A stretch of DNA of 64,000 bases, from positions 12,805-76,804 of the forward strand of contig DATGID010000131.1 in the NCBI GenBank assembly GCA_035307385.1, read 5' to 3'. This document shows, piece after piece, positions 27,806 to 36,708 of the stretch; the stretch's first letter is position 1; every line of letters starts with the position of its first letter. A model generated the notes under the pieces. It was not told where the DNA came from and did no database searches. It saw nothing but the letters and a program-made list of their open reading frames with translations. A program made the position numbers and the translations under genes. The DNA is from Ktedonobacterales bacterium. GTDB lineage: Bacteria; Chloroflexota; Ktedonobacteria; Ktedonobacterales; DATBGS01.

Positions 27806-28924
27806 TCAGCCGAGCAGTGTTATGCCCTTGGGGCCAACATGAAAAGAGAGCACGGCTGTTGCGTAGTTCTGGCTATCATCTACGGCATACACGGTGAGGC
27901 GGTGCTGGCCGGAAGCAAGGGAACGGATATCGAGTGCCCAGCTTGTTCCTGACTGGCTGTGCTGGTTCAGGCCATCCAGATACCAGATCACGCTGGCGAT
28001 TCCCTGGTTGTCGCGGGCCTTGGCGTGGATGGTGAGCCGTGCTGCGGATGCGCTGAGGGTGCTGCTGATGCTGACGGTAGGAGGGGTGGTGTCTGGCGTG
28101 CCGCCGATGTAGGGGTTGGTGGGATTCGAGGCCAGCAATTCTTGAGCAGACATAACGTGCCAGGGACCGCCTGGCGCGGTGCCAATGCCGATGAAATTGA
28201 ACTGCGGGTTCAGGATATTGTGCCGATGGGCGCAGTGTTCAGCGGCGTCATTATAGAGATATTCATACATGGACCCGGCAGCAGGCGCCCAGTTGCCAGC
28301 GATGTTTTCAGCAATAGCGAGGTAATGGTTGGCGATTTGTGGATTGGCGTTCAGGCGGTCTTGAAAATCTCCACTGATCGGGCTGGTGTGGGCGAAGAAA
28401 TGTAGCTGCGCCATCTGGCGACTGTAGGCGGTGGCAATCTGCGCCAGCGTCGCATCCCAGCGCAGCGGGGCAAGCCCGCGGCTGGTCCGTTCAAGATTCA
28501 CCAGAGTGAACTGCTGCTGGGGCGGCAAAAGCTGCCAGTAGTTCTGTGGCAGCGCCAGCGCTGCCAACCCTTCGCTGGCGCGTGCATGATTGATGGCTGC
28601 TATGGCTGCTGCTTCTCCACCACCTGCGTAGTAGTTTGGGCTAGGGGGCAGCGCTGGGCAGCCGCTTGCTACGGGCGCGGGCGTGTTGAACGCTGTGAGT
28701 GCTTGCTGGATGGTAGCCCAGGGAGTGATTGCCATTACCAGGAGCGCTAATACAGCCAGCGCCAGCGCAAAAAGGTATCGCACTCGTTTTGCCTTCTTCT
28801 CCCTGTGGGCACCCTGCTGCCTTTGTGGCGTGGTCTTGTTGCAAGAGGCATGCCAGGTTGCGGGGTGCTCCTTGCGCTTGTGGTTGGCAGACCATATAAT
28901 GAGGCTGCGCTGGGTGATAGGCAA
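27806..28924 (-). CDS. membrane-anchored CAP/SCP (YkwD-like) domain protein with C-terminal Ig-like domain
   Basis: N-terminal TM helix. CAP motifs: YSRQMAQLHFFAHTSP, ENIAGNW, HRHNILNPQFNFIGIG. C-terminal beta-rich module of about 100 aa. Confidence 0.7.
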   Translation of the reverse strand: MPITQRSLIIWSANHKRKEHPATWHASCNKTTPQRQQGAHREKKAKRVRYLFALALAVLALLVMAITPWATIQQALTAFNTPAPVASGCPALPPSPNYYAGGGEAAAIAAINHARASEGLAALALPQNYWQLLPPQQQFTLVNLERTSRGLAPLRWDATLAQIATAYSRQMAQLHFFAHTSPISGDFQDRLNANPQIANHYLAIAENIAGNWAPAAGSMYEYLYNDAAEHCAHRHNILNPQFNFIGIGTAPGGPWHVMSAQELLASNPTNPYIGGTPDTTPPTVSISSTLSASAARLTIHAKARDNQGIASVIWYLDGLNQHSQSGTSWALDIRSLASGQHRLTVYAVDDSQNYATAVLSFHVGPKGITLLG

Positions 28925-28940
28925 ACTATGAGGAGCGGCG

Positions 28941-29321
28941 ATGAAGAACTCTCAGCATGATCGTGGGTCTGGTAGGGGACATGAACCAGGTGAGGCAAAC
29001 GAGCAAAAGAATCGCCTGGAGCCAAGAGAGCGTGTTGATCGAGTGGAACGGGCGGAGCGCAGCGACGGAGCCGAGCGCCAGGAACGAGATGGGCAGCCCC
29101 GCATGGACCTGGCCCATTTAATCGAATCATTGCATCAGCAATTTGAGCAAGATCGCACCATAGCGAGCCAGGCTGGCACAGCCAGATGTGGTATTTGCTA
29201 TTTCTACTATCGGCAGACTGATCTTCTCTTTCGAGAAGAAGAGGGCTTTTATATCTGTCAACGCTGTCAGCGCTCGCTGGGCAATGGGCGCATCAAGATG
29301 GTGCGCCGCCAGCAGCGTTGA
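28941..29321 (+). CDS. hypothetical protein with C-terminal CxxC...CxxC
   Basis: 126-aa ORF with a charged Arg/Glu-rich N-terminus and CGICYF...CQRCQ near the C-terminus. Confidence 0.4.
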   Translation: MKNSQHDRGSGRGHEPGEANEQKNRLEPRERVDRVERAERSDGAERQERDGQPRMDLAHLIESLHQQFEQDRTIASQAGTARCGICYFYYRQTDLLFREEEGFYICQRCQRSLGNGRIKMVRRQQR

Positions 29322-29368
29322 ATCTGCCGCTTTTCTGCTGCCTGGCCGCACACCACGCTCAGCGCTGC

Positions 29369-29941
29369 CTAGCTGGAGTGTGATTCATCGGTATGGCTGG
29401 TGGCGCTGGCAACTTTTGCCGGGGTGGTAGCTTTGCTGGGAGATTCGGGTGTTACTTCGCTGACTTCCTCGTCTTCCTCCACACGGCGCAGGTCTTCTGG
29501 CCGCTGGAGGTGATCCAGGTAGAGGATACCGTCCAGGTGGTCGATCTCGTGCTGTAAAATGCGCGCGAAGAAGCCATCCGCGCGCACACGAACTTCCTTC
29601 CCATGGACATCGCGCCCCTTGACGATCACCATCATCGAGCGTTTGATGTTCTCGCCAATATAGCCAGGAATGCTCAAACACCCCTCTGTACCAATCTGTT
29701 CTCCGCTGGCCTTGACAATTTCCGGGTTGATGAGCACTTCCAAGCGGTCCTCATATTCGGCGACCAGAATCCGCAGCGATTGCGCTACCTGCGGAGCCGC
29801 CAGACCAACTCCATTGGCGGCGTGCATCGTTTCAATCATGTCATCAACCAGGCGCTTAATGCTGGCATCAAAGCGCGTGACCCGCTTGGCTTTTTGGCGA
29901 AGGATGGGATTTTCAATGGTAATAATTTTTCTTAGCGCCAT
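29369..29941 (-). CDS. def: peptide deformylase
   Basis: GVGLAAPQ, EGCLS, QHEIDH motifs, plus a C-terminal acidic extension of about 35 aa. Confidence 0.95.
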   Translation of the reverse strand: MALRKIITIENPILRQKAKRVTRFDASIKRLVDDMIETMHAANGVGLAAPQVAQSLRILVAEYEDRLEVLINPEIVKASGEQIGTEGCLSIPGYIGENIKRSMMVIVKGRDVHGKEVRVRADGFFARILQHEIDHLDGILYLDHLQRPEDLRRVEEDEEVSEVTPESPSKATTPAKVASATSHTDESHSS

Positions 29942-30213
29942 TCCTGCTGTCCTTGGGGGGTGTGCTTAACACGTATTTCTGCGCCTAGTATATGCTTGCT
30001 CGATGGGTTGTGTCAAGCAGAGAAGGGCCAGGGATAGAGATGGCGCTGCGTAGAACAAGTTGGCCCGATTTGTGCTGCCAGCGCCAGATGTATCGGATTG
30101 GCGGTTTGATAGGAGCGTCGTGGCGCGTCAGGCAAGGCGTCGGATACTCATCACACCAGGCGATCACTTGCTCAGGGAGCACCTAGAGGAGTGGGAGGAT
30201 TCGTTTTAGGACG

Positions 30214-30789
30214 ATGAATGATGTGATTCAAGCGCTGAATGATTTGCTGGAGGCTGAACGCGCGGGGGTAGAGGCGCTGGTTGATTTGACCAGGATGTCG
30301 GCTGATCGTGGGGAACGCGAGATGTTGCAGCGGATTGGTGGCGATGAAGCCGGGGCATGCGCCAGTCTGCGGGAGCAGATTGAGGCGCTGGGTGGAATGC
30401 CCAGCCGCCGGGTTGCTCCCTTGCTGGCACAAATGCGCTCGAGAGACTACTTTGCGGCGCGTTTGCGTTTATTTACCCAGCAACAACAGACGATGCTTGA
30501 AAGTCTGCGTACTCTGCTGGGGAGCCACCAGTTGCCAATGGAGGTGCGCGAATTGTTGGTAGAGTTGGATCATATCCATGCGCCCAATATTGCCTGGTGT
30601 GAACAACGCGCGGCGGCTTTAGGAGTTTGGGAAATACAGAAAGACACCTCCACTTCCGATCATGTAACCAGGGGGCGTATTTCTGGTGAGGGACATGAGG
30701 GAACACGGCGGAAACGACTCCAAAGACAAGCGAGCCAGGAGAACACGCGCCGCGAGGCCGGTCGTGCTGACCCTATGATGGGTCAATAA
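30214..30789 (+). CDS. ferritin-like four-helix-bundle protein (DUF6306-like, tentative)
   Basis: N-terminal LNDLLEAERAGVEAL signature; the rest is helical and basic. Confidence 0.5.
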   Translation: MNDVIQALNDLLEAERAGVEALVDLTRMSADRGEREMLQRIGGDEAGACASLREQIEALGGMPSRRVAPLLAQMRSRDYFAARLRLFTQQQQTMLESLRTLLGSHQLPMEVRELLVELDHIHAPNIAWCEQRAAALGVWEIQKDTSTSDHVTRGRISGEGHEGTRRKRLQRQASQENTRREAGRADPMMGQ

Positions 30790-30870
30790 AAAGAGCAAAG
30801 AAGTTCACCAGATACGCTTCAAGGAGACTCTGCCTTTCAACTCATGGGTAGGAAAGGTGGGTAAAAAAGC

Positions 30871-30899
30871 TTGCAAAATATTGACAGAGCAGGTACAAT
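30871..30899 (+). promoter_or_regulatory. candidate sigma-70 promoter for the Flp pilin gene
   Basis: TTGCAA (30871-30876), 17-nt spacer, TACAAT (30894-30899), about 100 nt upstream of ATG 31002. Confidence 0.45.
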
Positions 30900-31001
30900 C
30901 CCCGCTAAGAGTCACAAGCAGGCTGAGGGAACAGCCTAGAGAAGCACAGGCTCTCAGAACCAAACTTGCCTTTTAGGGCAGGTTGAAGGTGGAGGAACAG
31001 C

Positions 31002-31157
31002 ATGGCTAGGCAATTGATTCGGTCTGGGGAGGGCGGGCAAGCCCTTATTGAGTATGTCTTCATTATTGTGCTGGTGGCAATGGTGGTGATCCTTGTTCTA
31101 TTCATTTTTGGCCCGCAGCTAGGAAATGCTTTTAGCACTATTACTCATGGCCTCTAG
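31002..31157 (+). CDS. flp: Flp/Fap-family type IVb pilin precursor (51 aa; absent from the ORF track)
   Basis: GGAGG RBS 6 nt upstream. MARQLIRSGEGGQALIEYVFIIVLVAMVVILVLF carries the G-x-x-x-x-EY processing motif plus a hydrophobic helix. Stop TAG 31155-31157. Confidence 0.7.
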   Translation: MARQLIRSGEGGQALIEYVFIIVLVAMVVILVLFIFGPQLGNAFSTITHGL

Positions 31158-31296
31158 GTCAATGGGATGATACGTACATCGAGAAAAGTTCTTGCGAACG
31201 TTTCCTTGTGTAAAACATAAGCTGGTCTGAAGCATCTCTCCTTGGGGAGATACTCTATTAGGCCGCTGTGATCTATTCAGGCGTTCTGGTTCTTCG

Positions 31297-31328
31297 GTGG
31301 TATGGCAAGCTGCCATACCACTTTTTTT
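31297..31328 (+). terminator. rho-independent terminator
   Basis: GTGGTATGGCA (31297-31307), loop AGC, TGCCATACCAC (31311-31321), followed by T7 (31322-31328). Confidence 0.75.
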
Positions 31329-31617
31329 ACTCGAAGCTAGTGCCGGACTGGCCGAATGGCAGTCAGTAGCCCTGGCTTGCTCAGCACGGTGGTAGTTCCC
31401 TGCTCTTCCAGTTCTATTTCCGTTTTTGTGTCACTTGAAAAGAATGACGTTGTGCAAGGGGCGAGCAGACCTGTTGATTCCCCCAGGCTGGGCGAGTGAT
31501 AACATCAGCCTGGTTGATGGCCTGAAGACGTTCCGGCAGGAGGTGTATTAGCAAGCAACTACCAATGTTGTGACTGGTAGGCGTGGAAATTGAATATACT
31601 CTGCGTCTGGTTGTTGG

Positions 31618-31646
31618 TTGCAGCATGCGGAGCTGAGTGTTATAAT
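31618..31646 (+). promoter_or_regulatory. candidate promoter of the rpsF-ssb-rpsR operon
   Basis: TTGCAG, 17-nt spacer, TATAAT (31641-31646) preceded by TGT; about 125 nt upstream of the rpsF start. Confidence 0.35.
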
Positions 31647-31771
31647 GGCCCAGTACATTTTGCAGCAGCAAATTCGAGCTGCCATCTGATCCATCCTGCC
31701 CCGGCAGTGCTCATACTGCTCCAAGACGAGCAGACTGACCGGGAGCATACCCAGAGGAGGGAGTTTACAGC

Positions 31772-32275
31772 GTGCGGGACTACGAATTGGGAATCGTTGT
31801 CAGCCCCGAGGCGAGTGAGGAGCAAACAAAGGGGATTCTGGACCGGGTAACTCAAGTGGTACAAACCAATGGAGGCCAGGTGGTGAAGGTTCACCCCTGG
31901 GGGCGGCGCCGACTGGCGTATCCGATTGATCGGCACCGCGATGGCCTCTACTTTTTCTTGGACCTTTCCCTCACTCCTCAAACGGTGTTGGAGATTGATC
32001 GCAATCTGAAGGTGGCTGAAGAGGTCATCCGTCATTTGATTGTGAAGCGTGATCCGCGTGCTATTGCGGCGCAGCGCGCCAGAGAAGCCCAGGCGGCAGC
32101 GGCTGCTGCTGAGGCTGCTGAAGCTTCGGAAGAGGCAGCGCCTGAGCCAGAGGCGCTGGTCGAAGAGGCCGAAGCTGGGGAAGCCGAAGCCGTCTCTGAA
32201 GCAGAGGAGACCGCCGAGGCTGGTGAACTGGCCTATGCGTCAGAAGCGGATGAAGAGGTTGGGGGCGAGGTGTAG
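31772..32275 (+). CDS. rpsF: 30S ribosomal protein S6 with long Glu/Ala-rich C-terminal tail
   Basis: GTG start 9 nt after GGAGGGA. MRDYELGIVV...WGRRRLAYPI core. Sits in conserved S6-SSB-S18 order. Confidence 0.9.
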   Translation: MRDYELGIVVSPEASEEQTKGILDRVTQVVQTNGGQVVKVHPWGRRRLAYPIDRHRDGLYFFLDLSLTPQTVLEIDRNLKVAEEVIRHLIVKRDPRAIAAQRAREAQAAAAAAEAAEASEEAAPEPEALVEEAEAGEAEAVSEAEETAEAGELAYASEADEEVGGEV

Positions 32276-32295
32276 CTCCAAAGGAGAGCACACAG

Positions 32296-32706
32296 ATGGT
32301 AAATCGCATTTTCTTGATCGGGAATCTGGGCCGTGACCCAGAGATGTCATATACGCCGAGCGGAAAAGCTGTCACGAAGTTTACGCTTGCGGTGAATCGC
32401 ATCCAGCGTAGCAAAGAGAGCGGTGAGGCCCAGAAAGAGACCGATTGGTTCTCGATCGTTGCCTGGGATCGGCTGGCGGAAACCTGCAATACCTACCTGC
32501 ACAGGGGGTCCAAGGTTTTTATCGAAGGGCGCATTCAGTCGCGCAAGTATACTGATAAAAATGGGGTGGAACGGACCGCCTGGGAAGTAATTGCCAGTGA
32601 TATGCAGATGCTTGACCCCAAAGAAGGCGCATCTGTACGTGCTGGTGCAAGCGAGGGTAGCTATGGCGATCCAGGCGATTCATCGCCAGAAGATATTCCG
32701 TTCTAG
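32296..32706 (+). CDS. ssb: single-stranded DNA-binding protein
   Basis: MVNRIFLIGNLGRDPE OB-fold start and acidic C-terminal tip DIPF. Confidence 0.95.
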   Translation: MVNRIFLIGNLGRDPEMSYTPSGKAVTKFTLAVNRIQRSKESGEAQKETDWFSIVAWDRLAETCNTYLHRGSKVFIEGRIQSRKYTDKNGVERTAWEVIASDMQMLDPKEGASVRAGASEGSYGDPGDSSPEDIPF

Positions 32707-32814
32707 GGACGACATTTTGGCCCGATGAAACGTCTATCTTAACGAAGAAGTGTTGTGCCGACAAGTTCATTCTCCCTTCTTGTCGGCAACCCCACACACA
32801 AGAGGAGTACAGAC

Positions 32815-33099
32815 ATGCAACGATCTGAAGGCGGCAGTGGGCCGCGTGGTGGTCGAGGTGGTGGGCGCGATTATCGTTCGCGGAGAAAGGTCTGCGCGTT
32901 TTGCGTTGATCGGGTGCGTGAGATTGATTACAAGGATGCGCCTCGGTTGCGCCGCTATATCTCTGATCGCGGCAAGATTGAGCCGCGCCGTAAAACGGGC
33001 ACCTGCGCCAAACACCAGCGCAGTTTGAGTCTCGCACTCAAACGCGCGCGTCATATGGCGCTGCTGCCCTATACGGCGGAACATATCCGAGGAATATAA
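32815..33099 (+). CDS. rpsR: 30S ribosomal protein S18
   Basis: ATG after [40 protein letters not shown]. Confidence 0.9.
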   Translation: MQRSEGGSGPRGGRGGGRDYRSRRKVCAFCVDRVREIDYKDAPRLRRYISDRGKIEPRRKTGTCAKHQRSLSLALKRARHMALLPYTAEHIRGI

Positions 33100-33107
33100 A
33101 CGCATAA

Positions 33108-33148
33108 GGCCGGGCTGACCGTGTGGAATGTCCAATGCCAGCCCGGCC
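33108..33148 (+). terminator. 10-bp GC hairpin downstream of rpsR (no U-tract)
   Basis: GGCCGGGCTG (33108-33117), 21-nt loop, CAGCCCGGCC (33139-33148). Confidence 0.35.
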
Positions 33149-33202
33149 AGGGCGCTCGCGTGCGGGCGGCTTTAGCCATGCGGACAGGGGAAACTTGGAA
33201 CC

Positions 33203-34543
33203 ATGAGTAATCAGACGCTACCAAAATCACCAAAGAACTCGAAGGAAGCGTCAACCGCAAAGACGCAGTCGGCCCGCCAGGCCAAAGGTCGCGTGTATCG
33301 TCGCCAGACGGCGCGAGTGGAAGAACGCCGCGACGGCAAGCCCCTGGTCTTTGGTTGGGGCAAGCATCTTTCGCGTCGCCAGAAGACAAGAATCCAGACG
33401 CGCGCGTTTTGGACATTTGCGATTGTGGCGATTGTTGCGGTTGTCGGAGTGCTCGGCTATTCGTTCTATTATGTCAATTACGCTGTTCCGGCTCAGCCCA
33501 TCGTCAGCGTGAATGGGCAGCAGATTCCACAAAGCCTCTACCGCAAGCTCAATTTTTATCTTTCGCAAGATATGGCGAATCAGCTTGCTGCAATTCAGAC
33601 CGAACTGAGTGCTGCGCAGCAAGAGGAGAACTCATCCGATCCGACCACCAAAGCTGAGGGCACCCAGGCCATCAGTAATCTGACGACCCAGCAGCAAACG
33701 TTGCAAAACGAATATAGTGTGCCAACCGTTGGTTCTCTCTCGGCGGAAGACCTGGTTGATGATGTCTTAATTCAAGCGCAAATCCCGCAGCTTGAGGCCA
33801 AAGGGGTTCCAGCCGCTTATTTGGAGGCAACCTCCAAAGAGATTGACGCCAAGCTGGCAGCTTTCAAGAAAGAGTTTCCGCCGACGGTGACGTATAGCCA
33901 GTTTCTCAACTCTGCCAAAATGTCAGAGGATGATTTCCGGCAGTTGCTGGCAATCCTGGTGCGGCGTGATAACATGCAGAATTACCTGGCGAGCCAGATC
34001 GGGGCAGCCGGGCTTCAGGTGCATGGTTGGATTCTCCAGGGCAACAGCCAGACTGAAGCCAATAAGTTCCTGTCACAGTTGAAGGGACTCAGCGGGGCGA
34101 ATCTGCTCACAGAGTTCCAAAAATTGGCGAAACGCAGTTCGCGCGATGCCAACACCAAGGCGCAGGGTGGCGATATGGGCTGGCTGGTTGCTGGTGATAC
34201 AAACCTTACTGGTACGGCCACTGCTGAGCGCTGGCTTTTTGATCCGGCCCGCAAAGTTGGTGATCTCAGCCCGGCGCTCACCCCTGTCAGTGGCGAATAT
34301 GATATTTACTATATCAGCGCGATTGATCCACATCGACCTATCAATTCCAGTAATCTGAGTACGTTGAAGTCGGACGCGCTGAGTAACTGGATTGCGGTGC
34401 TCAAAGCCTCGCCGCAGACCCATGTGGGCGCGCTCGATTCAACCAAGCAGCTTGACTCAAGCAACTTCCCGTCGAATTTACCTGCTGGGGCGCCAGCGAG
34501 CACGCCCAGCACCGGTAAGATCAATGGCCCTTTCGCTGGATAA
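33203..34543 (+). CDS. membrane-anchored peptidyl-prolyl isomerase (SurA/PrsA-like, parvulin domain)
   Basis: Basic N-terminus plus a TM helix. Rotamase signature SRDANTKAQGGDMGWL. Confidence 0.75.
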   Translation: MSNQTLPKSPKNSKEASTAKTQSARQAKGRVYRRQTARVEERRDGKPLVFGWGKHLSRRQKTRIQTRAFWTFAIVAIVAVVGVLGYSFYYVNYAVPAQPIVSVNGQQIPQSLYRKLNFYLSQDMANQLAAIQTELSAAQQEENSSDPTTKAEGTQAISNLTTQQQTLQNEYSVPTVGSLSAEDLVDDVLIQAQIPQLEAKGVPAAYLEATSKEIDAKLAAFKKEFPPTVTYSQFLNSAKMSEDDFRQLLAILVRRDNMQNYLASQIGAAGLQVHGWILQGNSQTEANKFLSQLKGLSGANLLTEFQKLAKRSSRDANTKAQGGDMGWLVAGDTNLTGTATAERWLFDPARKVGDLSPALTPVSGEYDIYYISAIDPHRPINSSNLSTLKSDALSNWIAVLKASPQTHVGALDSTKQLDSSNFPSNLPAGAPASTPSTGKINGPFAG

Positions 34544-34557
34544 GCGATGAAGCGGAT

Positions 34558-34641
34558 GCGCATCACGTACTCGCAGTACAGGGCTGCTGCACTGGCCGAT
34601 CGGCCAGTGCAGCAGCCCTGTACTGCGAGTACGTGATGCGC
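34558..34641. repeat. 84-nt perfect palindrome (two 42-nt arms, no spacer)
   Basis: 34558-34599 is the exact reverse complement of 34600-34641, checked base by base; the centre is CGA|TCG. It starts 15 nt after the PPIase stop and covers the first in-frame start codons of hemW. Confidence 0.95.
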
Positions 34642-34668
34642 GAGGCTGCGAGATTGGACAAAGCGGTG

Positions 34669-35898
34669 ATGGCAACACGACCATCTGAGAGAGTATCAGC
34701 AGCGGTTGAAGCAGAACTTGCCCTGCTGCGTACGCTTTCGCTCTATGTGCATATCCCTTTCTGCCACGCCAAGTGCCACTATTGCGATTTTAATTCTTAT
34801 GCCGGGCAGCTTCGCTGGCGAGAGTCCTATGTACAAGCGCTGTTGGATGAGATTCGCTGGGCCGGTGATCTGGCAAGCCATTCTGGTCATCATGGCGCGC
34901 CAATGGGGCAACGGTGGCCCTGCCGAACGATCTTTTTTGGTGGAGGAACGCCCAGCCTGCTGCTGGCAGAGCAGGTTGCCCAGATACTGGAGGCAGCGCA
35001 TCGATCATTTGAGGTTGAGGCTGATGCCGAGGTGACGCTGGAGGCGAACCCGGGCACACTGGAAGAAGGGCATCTGCTTGCCCTGCGCGCTGCCGGAGTG
35101 AATCGGCTGAGCATGGGTGCGCAGAGCTTTGACGCCGGGCTGCTGCGCTGGATGGGACGCATTCATGGCCCCGAAGAGATTGAAAGCGCATTTCATACCG
35201 CGCGTCGTGCCGGGTTTGAGAATATCAACCTGGATTTTATCTTTGGGCTGCCCGACCAATCAATGGAGCAATGGGAAGCGACGCTTGAGCGCGCGTTGGC
35301 GCTGGCTCCTGACCATCTATCGCTCTACTCGCTGATTGTGGAGGAGGGAACGCCGCTGCATCGCTGGGTAGAAGAGGGGCGCGTACACCCGGCGGATGAG
35401 GATATGACCGCAGAGATGTATCTGCTGGCGCAGCGAAAACTGGCAGAGGCCAGATACGCGCAGTATGAAATCTCGAATTGGGCCAAACCGGACAAGATGT
35501 GTCAGCATAATCTAACCTACTGGCGCAACCTGCCGTATCTGGGGGTTGGCGCGGGCGCACATTCTTCCTTTGGAGGACGCCGTTTCTCAACGGTCTTGAA
35601 GGTGCGCGAGTATATCGAGCAGATGGGCCGCAAGGGACACGCGCTCGTGGAGTCAGAAGAGATCAGCCCTGATCTGGACATGACTGAAACGGCGATGTTG
35701 GCGCTGCGCCTGAATGCCGGGCTTTCGGAGGCACTCTTTGAGCGACGCTATGGAAGGCGCTTTGATGCCGTTTTTGGGGCGCGCCTCGCGCAGGTTGAGG
35801 CTGCGGGATTATTAGAGCGGGCAGATGGGATGATACGCCTGAGTGAGCAAGGACGATTGCTAGGCAATGAGGTGTTTATGCAGCTTCTCCCCGAATAA
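34669..35898 (+). CDS. hemW: radical SAM heme chaperone HemW (HemN-like)
   Basis: LYVHIPFCHAKCHYCDF CxxxCxxC motif and GGGTPS. Start uncertain: GTG 34633 and ATG 34636 lie inside the palindrome; ATG 34669 was chosen. Confidence 0.85.
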   Translation: MATRPSERVSAAVEAELALLRTLSLYVHIPFCHAKCHYCDFNSYAGQLRWRESYVQALLDEIRWAGDLASHSGHHGAPMGQRWPCRTIFFGGGTPSLLLAEQVAQILEAAHRSFEVEADAEVTLEANPGTLEEGHLLALRAAGVNRLSMGAQSFDAGLLRWMGRIHGPEEIESAFHTARRAGFENINLDFIFGLPDQSMEQWEATLERALALAPDHLSLYSLIVEEGTPLHRWVEEGRVHPADEDMTAEMYLLAQRKLAEARYAQYEISNWAKPDKMCQHNLTYWRNLPYLGVGAGAHSSFGGRRFSTVLKVREYIEQMGRKGHALVESEEISPDLDMTETAMLALRLNAGLSEALFERRYGRRFDAVFGARLAQVEAAGLLERADGMIRLSEQGRLLGNEVFMQLLPE

Positions 35899-35901
35899 GC
35901 T

Positions 35902-35936
35902 GAAGGGACATGGTGTTTCATGCCCCTTCAATTTTT
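35902..35936 (+). terminator. rho-independent terminator after hemW
   Basis: GAAGGGaCATG / CATGcCCCTTC stem with one mismatch and a 6-nt loop, followed by AATTTTT. Confidence 0.5.
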
Positions 35937-35976
35937 AGCACCTTTGCCAGATGTCACACGCTGAAGCGAATAGGCG

Positions 35977-36177
35977 CTAATCTTCGCTGAGGCGGCGCTG
36001 TTGTGCCAGCCAGCGCGCAAACTCTAGCCGACGCTCATCGATTACGCGCTCGAAGTATTCACCGTGAAGCTGGTAGCGTTGGCGCAGCACAGAAAGACGC
36101 TCGGCTTCTTTACGGCTGAAGCTGCGTAAGGATGTAGGCGATGAGTTGGCTGGTGTTGGGCTATCATGAGGTGACAT
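35977..36177 (-). CDS. 66-aa hypothetical protein
   Basis: ATG 36177 lies 5 nt after AGGAGG. MSPHDSPTPANSS... then a helical C-terminal half (EYFERVIDERRLEFARWLAQQRR). No recognisable family. Confidence 0.5.
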   Translation of the reverse strand: MSPHDSPTPANSSPTSLRSFSRKEAERLSVLRQRYQLHGEYFERVIDERRLEFARWLAQQRRLSED

Positions 36178-36352
36178 GGCGTCCTCCTGAGATGATGAGA
36201 TCAGACCGACCGGTTGATCTGTATACCCTGGGCCGACACGAGATAGGGTTGCTCTCATCGGGATGTATCGCATGGGTCATGCCAGATGCTGGCGGGGAGG
36301 CGAAGATTGGGGCAGTTTCACCATGAGGATGCTAGCTCGCATCTGTGTGTCG

Positions 36353-36697
36353 CTATTCTGGGAGTGTATTCGGGGGACGCCAACGCCGCTGGCGTTCGTT
36401 CAGAAGCCGCTCAACCAGAGAACGATAGGCGTCTGGCGCCTGGCGATGGCAGCGCCTGGGGTCCCAATGATGGCCTTTTTCGTTATTACACTGTGGATGC
36501 GTCAGGCCAAGATTCAGGAGATCATTGCTGCCACCCAGGCTGCGTGGATAGATATGCTCGATGGTAGCCCCGAAGCCGGTGTAGGCGTTAAAGCGCAACC
36601 GCCCGCCACAGATCAAGCACTTGCCCACCCAGAAGCCATCCGCATACGTGAACGTCGTGTCGGTGGCGGCAATCTGATTTTTCTGCTGCGTCGACAT
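36353..36697 (-). CDS. HNH endonuclease
   Basis: CLICGG ... IEHIYPRSLGGSNDLLNLGLTHPQCNNEKG: the His-Asn-Asn/His beta-beta-alpha-metal finger with flanking Cys pairs. Confidence 0.8.
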   Translation of the reverse strand: MSTQQKNQIAATDTTFTYADGFWVGKCLICGGRLRFNAYTGFGATIEHIYPRSLGGSNDLLNLGLTHPQCNNEKGHHWDPRRCHRQAPDAYRSLVERLLNERQRRWRPPNTLPE

Positions 36698-36708
36698 GGT
36701 CTCTTGCT

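Noticed and set aside
34309-34684. Small minus-strand ORFs 34309-34566 and 34478-34684 around the 84-nt palindrome
   Set aside because: One is antisense to the PPIase gene 3' end and the other is created by the palindrome itself. Neither has an RBS or any motif.
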